A DNA stretch of 32,000 nucleotides from Methanothermus fervidus DSM 2088 (GCA_000166095.1 CP002278.1:540001-572000); one strand, 5' to 3'; counted from the stretch's first letter, positions 8,321 to 16,551 are shown. Translations and numbers: made by a program. Notes: a model not told the origin generated them from the sequence alone.

Positions 8321-9147
8321 ATACTAGGTTGTATTTTTCCAGTAGTTATAGCATAATACAGTGGTGAAGAAAGGATATCTTCAATGTTATTTCGTAAAAT
8401 ATTACCTATTGAATATTCCGGAAGAAAACAACAAGGAGTGACATCGCCATCTACAGTAACAAAAATACTTTTTCTCATTACCTTACACGGATAAAAATGC
8501 TTTGTAGGTAAATATATTTTTATTTTTAATTTTTTTGCGTTTTTTATTAATTTATTAAATAAGATTGATTCTTTCTCTAATGGAATATACTCAATAGATG
8601 GGTTGTGAAGATTAAAGAGACGATGAAAAATAATTGCATCAACTCCTATTTTTTTGCCAAGATAGATAAACTTTGGAAGATCATGAAAATTAGTTTTTAA
8701 AATTGTAACGTCTAAATATGTTTTAATGTTTTCTCTTTTTTTGATGAATTCCTTTATAATTGGTGCTAAAATATTTAAAACATTGATATCATATACACCA
8801 ATAGCAATTTCATCTAGGCCACTTGACAATAATTTATCCATTTGTTCATTTAAATAGAACCCATTAGTTGTGAGACTGACACAAAAACCAATATTTTTTG
8901 CGTGTTTAATCATTTTAGAAAGTTCAGGATTAAGTAAAGGTTCACCCCAACCATGCAATGCAACATAAGAAAAAATATTTGATGCCATGGCCTTGTCACA
9001 GATTTTAGAGAACTCATGGAAAGACATCAATTGATTCTGAGATTCACTGATATAAGGCCTCAAACAAATGGGACAATTTCTGTTACATAACCTGCTGATT
9101 TCTATTTGTAATGTCATATTATTAGCTAAAGTTGGAGGATAATTCAT
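8299..9147 (-). CDS. Radical SAM protein with a Cys-rich SPASM/twitch-like C-terminal domain
   Basis: CNRNCPIC (CX3CX2C) at residues 21-28. GWGEPLL glycine-rich motif. C-terminal cysteines at PCKV..., DGDVTPCCF..., IGNI..., CKRC. SD GAGGGA lies 5 nt upstream of the ATG at 9147. Confidence 0.8.
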   Translation of the reverse strand: MNYPPTLANNMTLQIEISRLCNRNCPICLRPYISESQNQLMSFHEFSKICDKAMASNIFSYVALHGWGEPLLNPELSKMIKHAKNIGFCVSLTTNGFYLNEQMDKLLSSGLDEIAIGVYDINVLNILAPIIKEFIKKRENIKTYLDVTILKTNFHDLPKFIYLGKKIGVDAIIFHRLFNLHNPSIEYIPLEKESILFNKLIKNAKKLKIKIYLPTKHFYPCKVMRKSIFVTVDGDVTPCCFLPEYSIGNILRNNIEDILSSPLYYAITTGKIQPSICKRCYW

Positions 9148-10303
9148 TAAGTTCCCTCAATGTAAATTCCAATTCCTGATATTCTGCAATAGTTTTTGCT
9201 TTATCAAAAACTTTTCTAGCCTTTTGTTTATTTCCAAGTAACATATAAGTAAGAGCTAAGTTTTTTAGACTCTCTGTTTTATAATGTGTATGAGCATGAG
9301 GATAATACTCTGGAGCTAATTTAGCTGCAGATTTAAAGTCATCCACAGCATTATCATATAAACCTAAATTCATATAAGCCAGCCCGCGCGTGTTATACAC
9401 TGTATATTTAGGCTTCATTTGATGCGGATGCTTCAACAGTTCTGCAGATTTTTCAATACATTTTTTAAAATTGTTTGTGGCTTTTTCAGAATTTCCTTTT
9501 TTTCTATATGCTTCCCCTAATAATAACAATAAATCAGGGTCTTGAAATGGAGCAATATCTAATGCTCTGTGTAAATCATCAATAGCCTTGTCATAATCAT
9601 GTAAAAGTATATGACATTTTCCACGAGTTTGTAATGCTCTATAGTCCCATGGTGCCTGATATTCTTTAGACATTACAGCATTTACTGCCTTATCAGACAT
9701 TTTAATAGCTTTTTTTAACATTCCAGCTTGAAGATAAGCAGTTGCAAGATGCATTTTTGTCTGCCAAAGTTCATAATATTTTAATGATTTTTCGTAATCC
9801 TGTATACATCGAGATTTAAGAGTACGGTGGTAAGCTCTTCCCCTAGAAAAGTAAATTGATGCCAACGCCTCTTTCCCATTTTTTTCTTTGATTTCATCTT
9901 CATGTAAAAGTGATTTATTGTAATATTCTATAGCATCATCAAATAAACCATATCTGTCATGTGCGTTTCCCATGCCAGAATATGCAATATAAAATTGATT
10001 ATTTAAAGTTAAAGACTTTTTAAAATCTGTTAATGATTTTAAAAACATGTTTTCTTGTTCATTGGTAAAAGGCCTAAAATAAAAATGTATAAACTGTAGT
10101 AAAGTGATCCCACGCATGTAATAAAATTCTGGAACATAAGGATTATCTTTTATTGCCTTGTTAAACGCTTTTAAAGCCATTTTAAGTTTAGAAACTCCCT
10201 CAGGATCAAATCTATCTTTTCCAACATTGTAAAGTGAAATTCCTTTGTTATAATAATCTTCACCTTCCAATTTTTGAGTACTCACACTGATAGGTACACA
10301 CAT
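9122..10303 (-). CDS. Tetratricopeptide (TPR) repeat protein
   Basis: 393 aa with many degenerate 34-aa repeats (A..Y...G.....G.Y..A...F..A....P). SD GGTGGTGAG lies 6 nt upstream of the ATG. Confidence 0.8.
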   Translation of the reverse strand: MCVPISVSTQKLEGEDYYNKGISLYNVGKDRFDPEGVSKLKMALKAFNKAIKDNPYVPEFYYMRGITLLQFIHFYFRPFTNEQENMFLKSLTDFKKSLTLNNQFYIAYSGMGNAHDRYGLFDDAIEYYNKSLLHEDEIKEKNGKEALASIYFSRGRAYHRTLKSRCIQDYEKSLKYYELWQTKMHLATAYLQAGMLKKAIKMSDKAVNAVMSKEYQAPWDYRALQTRGKCHILLHDYDKAIDDLHRALDIAPFQDPDLLLLLGEAYRKKGNSEKATNNFKKCIEKSAELLKHPHQMKPKYTVYNTRGLAYMNLGLYDNAVDDFKSAAKLAPEYYPHAHTHYKTESLKNLALTYMLLGNKQKARKVFDKAKTIAEYQELEFTLRELNELSSNFS

Positions 10304-10564
10304 AAGATGCTCACCACCACTTAAATTTTATTAATGGATTTACATTATTTAATACACATATTTATATTTTTTTAAGATAATTTAAAGTAATTTAGAATTG
10401 GCAAAAAATTTGAGAATTTTGTGAATTTACACAAAAATTTGTATGTGGATTCTCATGCCAAAATAGAAAATTAACCAAATAGCTTCTCTATATTAACTAA
10501 ACATTAAAATCATTGGAATATACTTTATGTATGTAATGCTACAAATCTTTCTGATACTATACCA

Positions 10565-11005
10565 TCACCTATGAGGTATTTTACCTAGTTTTCGTAAAAT
10601 AAAGTAAAGGATAATTCCTATGATCCCTATAGTAAGAAGTATATCTTCTCCCACATCACTTATATTCACCAACCATGCTTGCTTTGTTAATTCACCTATT
10701 CTACCTAAATAGCTTAATGAGAGTATAAAGCATATCAAAGGTGGTAAAAACCTTCCTAAAAGACCAGCATATTTAACATCATTAATCTTTGATCCATATT
10801 TGTCCCAATATAAAAATAAAAATACAAGATAAATACCTAGTGCGGCAGAACTTATACAAACTCCTAGCAGTATTACAAACATATGTGTTTTTGCCCAGGG
10901 CAGCAAATGAGGTTTGTACTCAGCTATAGCTTCCAATACTATGAAAAAAGTAAAGGATATAATTAATGTCCAATAAATGCCTTTTATAAATCTTTCTGAT
11001 GCCAT
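10565..11005 (-). CDS. Hypothetical integral membrane protein (about 4 TM)
   Basis: Hydrophobic ORF with no family recognised. I prefer ATG at 11005 (preceded by AGGTGGT) over the track TTG at 11020. Confidence 0.45.
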   Translation of the reverse strand: MASERFIKGIYWTLIISFTFFIVLEAIAEYKPHLLPWAKTHMFVILLGVCISSAALGIYLVFLFLYWDKYGSKINDVKYAGLLGRFLPPLICFILSLSYLGRIGELTKQAWLVNISDVGEDILLTIGIIGIILYFILRKLGKIPHR

Positions 11006-11074
11006 AGTACCACCTATCAATAATTCATCTTTTTAAAGAAAAAATTAAAAGGCTAGGCGTTAGTTATCAAATAT

Positions 11075-12534
11075 TTATGTGTACCGTATCTCAATAGCTG
11101 GTCCGATACAATGATAAATGGCATGATATATCGCGTAGTAAGCCATCGGATCTAACCCCTCTGATCTTGCCAACTCTACCAAGCCAAAAATTAACTCAAC
11201 TAATCCTTCCTGTAATTTATTCCAATCTTTCACTACTATCCGTGGCACTTTCTGTGTTAATTCATAGTGATAGCATGCTCCTCCTTGACCTGCAGCACCG
11301 TATATCTCTCCTAATGTTGGTATCTCTGAGTAGTAGTCTTTACCAGCTATTGTCTGACCATTATTTGCTAAGTCTACAAATATATAACTACCGGTTGGTG
11401 CACTTATCTTTAAATATTTTATGAAATCTGGGTCATGATCAATAATTGCATTTCCATTTTTCAAGGCATCTAATACTTCTTCAACTGGAGATGCTGCATC
11501 AATTCCTATCTTCCTTAAAATTATTGCTTCAAGTTCTTTAAGGATTAAACCTTTTGCAATGTTAAAGATTTTTACTTTCTTATCAAGTACACTTGGATCG
11601 CTATCTGGAGACCAATAATAATAATCTTTCTGTAGTGTAAGGGATGGAACATGGATATAAGTATATCCATTAGTCCCTCTATTCTCTGCTCCATCTCTTA
11701 CACCATTTGTTACACCGCAAATTATAAACAATGGCCATTGATTATCCACCTCCCTGTAACTTAATCCTAAGTTATCAGCGACTATTCTCACTGCATCTAA
11801 CCACATATACAATGTTTTGAAGCCTGTTAAAAATGTTCCATATGCTGCCCTTTCCCAGTTTGACATGGAATTCAAGTTAACTGCTTCATATCCTGCTCTT
11901 ATTGGATCAAGACTTAAAGCCTCTTCACCAGCTATACACAAGCTTATCACTTCTTCAAAACCTGCATCACTTCCATCAGGATTTCTTAAATTCTTATAGT
12001 GGATATATACATCCTTTGTAAATACTGGGATAGGGTACTTCTGCCAAGGATATCGTTGCCACTTAATAGTGATCTTGAATGCAAGATCGTAATAAGTTTT
12101 CCAATCGAAGTGGTCCCAAGACCAACCTTCTTTGAGTCCCTCGTAGTACCATGGATCAACGAATAATGTGTGATTATATACTTTGCCATTCACTATTACA
12201 TCCATTGATTCACCTACACCAGTTCTATCTTCTGGAAAAGTTTCATCGACACTTCTAAAACAGATGCTTATTTGGTTCACACCAGTTGGATTTATAGGGA
12301 TAATTATATCTTTTCCAGGATAATAACCTATATCTCCTCCTTCAGGATATACTGTCCAACCTCTTGTCTGCTCAATATGTATAATTATTGGTCTTTGTAA
12401 GATTTATCAAGTGAGGAAGAAGTTGTATTGTAACTTGTTAAATTAGTTGTGTTTTCTGCTGAAACACGACTCAAGAATACTAAAAAACTTAGGGATAGTA
12501 ATATTGGGAAGAGAATTTTCCTTTTAGGAATCAT
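11075..12534 (-). pseudogene. Frameshifted gene for a secreted hypothetical protein (signal-peptide ORF 12385-12534 plus body 11075-12403)
   Basis: ATG at 12534 has SD GAGGGGTG and encodes MIPKRKILFPILLSLSFLVFLSRVSAENTT...KDQ*, a signal peptide followed by a stop at 12385. A second frame is open from 12403 through the 401-aa track ORF. That ORF starts only at an internal GTG (12280) with no SD. Confidence 0.55.
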
Positions 12535-12624
12535 CTATCCACACCCCTCATCTATGTATCATTTTATAATAGTAATACAAAAATAGCTTATAAAGATTAC
12601 TTCCTGCACAATGATGTACATGTG

Positions 12625-12654
12625 TATGTCGCTAAATCACACTTTAGCGACATA
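12625..12654. promoter_or_regulatory. Perfect 12-bp inverted repeat with a 6-bp spacer in a divergent promoter region (candidate operator)
   Basis: TATGTCGCTAAA tcacac TTTAGCGACATA. It lies about 90 bp upstream of the minus-strand ATG (12534) and about 200 bp upstream of the plus-strand ATG (12856). The palindrome itself is certain, but its function is inferred. Confidence 0.4.
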
Positions 12655-12855
12655 TATGATTTCTAACCTCTACTTAGATGCGATGGGAAAATGCCTTAAC
12701 TCATGATTAGAAAACAGTGGTTCGTTTAAATACATAGATTGTGATGGATATTTTTTGATCACTTAAGGACAGCTTTATTCATGTTATTAGCATTGCATTG
12801 ACAAAAGTATAAAATTACATAATATATATAACATAAAATCAGAGGGGGTGCCTAA

Positions 12856-14391
12856 ATGAAGTCTAAAGCTGTATTAACCCTCTCAACATTGCTAGTTCTG
12901 TTGGCAATTTCTCAAGCATATGGAGCTAAAGAAGTTTATCCAGAGTATGGCTCCCTTAAAGATGTAATAGAAAACTCTAATCATGGAGAGACAATATTCC
13001 TGCATAAAGGGACATATCATGCTTCAGGAATTGTGATAGATAAGAATTTAACTATTGTAGGTGAATATAAGGATGGAGTTGTAATTGATGCTCTATGGGC
13101 AAGACCCTATATTCATAATTTCCAGCGGTGCAAATGTAAGGTTGATAAATTTAACATTGACCAATGGAAATGGAGCAGGAGGTGGTGCAATAAAGAATAA
13201 TGGATATTTAGTGGTTAAGAACTGTGCTTTTGTGGATAATTATGCTAGCGAAAAGGGCGGTGCCATTTTTAACAATGGTACTTTAACAATAAATGGTTGC
13301 AGATTTAAAAATAACAAGGTCATCATACTCGGCGGCGGTACTATCTACAATTCTCGTGAAGGTCAGGTTACAATAAGTAACAGTGTATTTGTGAATAACA
13401 ATGCTGCTGTTTTTGGAGGAGCTATAGATAATGATGGTTATTTAACAATCAAAAATTGTGTATTTAAAAACAACACTGCTCGTTTTATGGGCGGTGCCAT
13501 TGATAACGGTGGTAATTTAACAATAATACATTCTACATTATTAATAATAACGTTATTAAAGAGGATGGAGTTGGCGGTGCCATTGATAATATTGGTGTTT
13601 CACATCCTATAGGTGGTAATTTAATAGGTGGTAATCTAATAATAGACAATTGTATATTTGATAGCAATGTCGCTACCAGTGGCGGTGCTATTGCCAATAC
13701 CGGTATTTTAAAAATAACAAATTCTATATTTAATAAAAACATGGTAGATGGAGCTGGCGGTGCCATTGATAATGATGGTACTCTAACAATAGACAACTGT
13801 ACGTTTAATAACAATAATGCTACTGCCTATGGCGGTGCTATTTGTACCTCAAACAACTTAAAAGTTACAAATTCTATATTTAAATGCAACAAAGCTGGAA
13901 AGGAAGGAGGAGCCATTGCTGTTGATCCAAGGGTAGTAAATAAAGGCATTATCTTTGTAGATAACTCTAATATCTTCATTGACAACCTTCCAAATGACTC
14001 CAACATTCCTCTCAATAATACCCTAAATTACAGGATAACCTTAACAAACACTGGAAAATCAACAATAACCATAAAATATTACATCTCAATCTATACAAAT
14101 TCAGTTAATGGAGAAAAAGTTGGCTATAAGGAAGTAACAATAACCCTAAAGCCAAAAGAAACAAAGAGAATATATCTTGGTAAATATCCAGCAGGACATA
14201 TAGTATCTGGGACAATGATTGTCAAAAATCCATCAAAGAAAAGAATTCAATTAAATCTACAGGTGAAATATGAAATTGAAGGATTCGATCCGGAAATAAG
14301 GAAAATAAGCAACTACATAGCTCCAAGAAAGGAATTCAAATACAGTGTGAAATACAGAGTAAATGAATATGGATCTATAGAGGTTAGCTAA
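12856..14391 (+). pseudogene. Adhesin-like surface protein (signal peptide, GGAI-type parallel beta-helix repeats, C-terminal beta-sandwich-like domain) interrupted by two frameshifts
   Basis: SD GAGGGGGTG and a signal peptide (MKSKAVLTLSTLLVLLAISQAYG). The repeat pattern GGAI.N.G.L.I.N..F..N is spread over three track ORFs: frame 1 at 12856-13200, frame 2 at 13085-13612, and frame 1 again from 13516/13741 to 14391. Confidence 0.7.
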
Positions 14392-14460
14392 TATTATAGA
14401 GTTTCTCCACGCGAAATAACTCTCCTTAATTTAAAGAAAAAAAGGAAAACAGAAACAAAG

Positions 14461-15123
14461 TTAAATCAGGCTATATTTAAGGCTACAACTGTCTACGGCT
14501 GCAACATATCTCAGCTGCTTCTTTTGTTTTTTTGTTTCTTTTAAACTATTAAGCACTGCAGAATATGCAACTGATGCAGCCTTATCAAAATGTTTTCTAG
14601 GTATATTCGGATCTCTAGTCTTTAACCACTTATACCAATCATTCTTTTCGTTTTTCGCTGTTGACATCAAAGTATAGAGATCTCCTGGAATATACTTGAT
14701 CTGTGGTGTATAACCAATAACTTGAGACTCATACATCTCATGATCTTTTTTTGACTCTTTAGCTATATTATGTGGAGCACAGAAAGAATCAGATATATAG
14801 TGAGTTGCAACTCCAAAGCAATAACTTGCATACTTGTAATTTCTTTTCTTCCAAGCATCTTTGCCTTTATTAAGCCATTTCTTAGCTTCATAATAAGCTG
14901 GAGGGAAATGGTGTTTTTTGAAGTCCTTAAATTTTAAGTCAGGGGCTGTTGAACCCTCCTTCATAGCTTCGAGGTCAATTTTGCTTTGATATTCAGAAGG
15001 TAGGTTGTTGTAGATCAATTCAACTATGTAGCGATGAGATTCTTCTTTCCATCCATAGGTAAAGCTAAATGTAAATGGCAAAGACAGAACTAAAGCTAGT
15101 AGGAGGTATTTCTTGATGTTCAA
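14461..15123 (-). CDS. Secreted zinc-dependent phospholipase C / P1 nuclease-fold protein
   Basis: A signal peptide ends ...FTYG/W. The ligand pattern matches the PLC/P1 family: N-terminal W, SH, APD, HHF, THYISD, PHN, HEMYE. The start is TTG, preceded by AGGAGGGTG plus 7 nt. Confidence 0.65.
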   Translation of the reverse strand: MNIKKYLLLALVLSLPFTFSFTYGWKEESHRYIVELIYNNLPSEYQSKIDLEAMKEGSTAPDLKFKDFKKHHFPPAYYEAKKWLNKGKDAWKKRNYKYASYCFGVATHYISDSFCAPHNIAKESKKDHEMYESQVIGYTPQIKYIPGDLYTLMSTAKNEKNDWYKWLKTRDPNIPRKHFDKAASVAYSAVLNSLKETKKQKKQLRYVAAVDSCSLKYSLI

Positions 15124-15489
15124 GAAACACCCTCCTATTAGTAAATAACTCCAATATACAAATTAAAGAAATATAAATTTTTGGGTTGGATAGAAAGCTG
15201 CCTGTAATCTGTATTAGCTGCGTTAGTTATTTTACTTGGCTTGTTTTTTGTGGCAAAATATTGTTTGTGGCTGCTATCCTTGAAACTTGATAGACGCTAT
15301 GGTAGTACAAACAAATATTTCCATGAGAGATTGACTCTATAATTATATTTTCTCAAAATTTTATTTGTGGTAATTAGTGTGAAAAATGAGTGAACATAAT
15401 TTAACCTTAAAAGATATGAAATTAGAAAATTTTCACTACTTGTTTATCATCAAGAAAGAATATAAGCTACGGGTATCATAAAATAACAT

Positions 15490-16359
15490 ATGTTCAGATG
15501 TAGAGAAATTCTTAATAAAAAAATATTTAAGAATTGTGAAGATTGTCCTGATTTTATATTAAATAAATTGATACCTTTGAATAAACAGGTTGACATAAAC
15601 AAAATTTCAGATTCCTGGAAAAGGTGTTCATGCGGCAAAAGACCTTTAGATGCTGTCATGGCACATATATTAAAAATAATGATAGATGAAAAAGATCTAA
15701 ATAAAAATGCGTGCCTCAGAGATGTTGGATCACCATTATTAACACCCATGTATTATTTTGAGCATTATCCTTATTTACCAAAAGAATCTTTAGTTTTATT
15801 ATCACCTCATATTTCAAAAGAAACAGCTGAAAGGATTGTTAATGAAGTTTCTGAAGTTAAAGGAGTAATTAAGGGCAATATCTCAGAACTAGGAAATTAT
15901 AGATTGTTGTCAGGATCAGATGCAAGATGTGACATTGTTGAAACTCCTGTGGGATGTATTTCATTATTTAAAAAACAAAGTCAAATTCATATTGAATTAC
16001 CAAAAAAACATGACCCTAAAATAGTCACACTATATAATCACATGAAAAATTTATCTGATTTTACAGTATTAGATGCGACATGTGGGGTTGGTACTCTTGG
16101 AATTTTTTCATTGAAGATGGGTGCTAGAAGAGTTATATTTAATGATATTTGGCCACCTGCTACATATATGACATTGAAAAATTTAGAAATAAATGGATTT
16201 AAAAATGGTTTTGAAATATATAATTTAGATGTGCTTAAGCTAATCCAAATACTTAAAGAAAATTTTGATTTATGTATTTTAGATCTTTTTCCTGGGATGG
16301 ATCCAAAAAAATTCATTTACAAAATGAAGAATTGTTGTAAAGAAATTATAGTATTGTAA
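15490..16359 (+). CDS. Putative SAM-dependent methyltransferase with a Cys-rich N-terminal region
   Basis: Motif I VLDATCGVGTLG, then VIFNDI and a late ILDLFPG motif. N-terminal cysteines occur at C..(x)..C..C and CSC. There is no SD. An AATATAAG TATA-like box (15459-15466) ends 24 nt before the ATG, which suggests a leaderless or near-leaderless mRNA. Confidence 0.6.
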   Translation: MFRCREILNKKIFKNCEDCPDFILNKLIPLNKQVDINKISDSWKRCSCGKRPLDAVMAHILKIMIDEKDLNKNACLRDVGSPLLTPMYYFEHYPYLPKESLVLLSPHISKETAERIVNEVSEVKGVIKGNISELGNYRLLSGSDARCDIVETPVGCISLFKKQSQIHIELPKKHDPKIVTLYNHMKNLSDFTVLDATCGVGTLGIFSLKMGARRVIFNDIWPPATYMTLKNLEINGFKNGFEIYNLDVLKLIQILKENFDLCILDLFPGMDPKKFIYKMKNCCKEIIVL

Positions 16360-16369
16360 ATAAAATTTA

Positions 16370-16460
16370 AAAGATGATGAACCTGCGAAGGGTCTGACTT
16401 AAAATGATGAGAGTGCGGTTGTCTGAATAACTTATGATGAAAACGCCAGCGTCTGATTTT
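16370..16460 (+). ncRNA. C/D box sRNA locus with three consecutive C-guide-D modules
   Basis: ATGATGA at 16374, 16404 and 16434. CTGA at 16394, 16423 and 16453. Guides of 13, 12 and 12 nt (acctgcgaagggt, gagtgcggttgt, aaacgccagcgt). Linkers of 6 and 7 nt. The AAAAG / TTTT flanks can pair. T-rich tracts follow. Confidence 0.7.
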
Positions 16461-16482
16461 AATTAATTTTTTATATTTTTTA
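16457..16482 (+). terminator. Oligo-T tracts (archaeal-type terminator) after the C/D sRNA locus
   Basis: TTTT lies directly after the last D box, followed by two T6 runs (16467-16472 and 16476-16481). Confidence 0.4.
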
Positions 16483-16551
16483 TCAATTTTTAATAACTAG
16501 AAAAGTCTTTATATTTTGTAGAGACTACTAACTATTGGGCTTCTTTGGATT

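Noticed and set aside
10304-10564. Search for a RiPP-type precursor peptide ORF upstream of the TPR / radical SAM operon
   Set aside because: Only trivially short ORFs were found (for example a 9-codon MRIHIQIFV) and none has an RBS. The region looks like an ordinary AT-rich terminator/promoter spacer.
12611-12706. 31-codon + strand ORF spanning the 12625-12654 palindrome
   Set aside because: It has no RBS. The ORF appears to be a by-product of the palindrome and AT-rich spacer, and the peptide has no recognisable features.
13533-14015. Minus-strand ORFs (13533-13814 and 13827-14015) inside the adhesin-like gene
   Set aside because: They are mirror images of the GGxGCxATT-type repeats. Their products are low-complexity (PP/AP/L-rich), they have no RBS, and they are fully antisense to sequence with clear coding periodicity on the + strand.
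11075-14391. Selenocysteine or pyrrolysine read-through as an explanation for the interrupted secreted-protein genes
   Set aside because: The interruptions are changes of reading frame, not single in-frame TGA or TAG codons. No downstream SECIS-like context is needed to explain them.
15386-15481. 31-codon + strand micro-ORF (MSEHNLTLKDMKLENFHYLFIIKKEYKLRVS) just upstream of the methyltransferase gene
   Set aside because: It has only a weak GTG-type SD and no distinctive features such as a TM segment or Cys pairs. It overlaps the likely TATA box of the downstream leaderless gene. Chance ORFs of this length are expected.
15450-15749. 99-aa minus-strand ORF overlapping the 5' end of the methyltransferase gene
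   Set aside because: It overlaps a better-supported + strand gene, has no RBS, and matches no recognisable motif.
16374-16456. A 30-nt periodic repeat considered as a possible mini-CRISPR or other tandem repeat
   Set aside because: Only the 7-nt ATGATGA and 4-nt CTGA elements repeat, while the intervening 12-13 nt differ. This is the C/D box sRNA signature, not a CRISPR repeat-spacer structure, and no cas genes are nearby.
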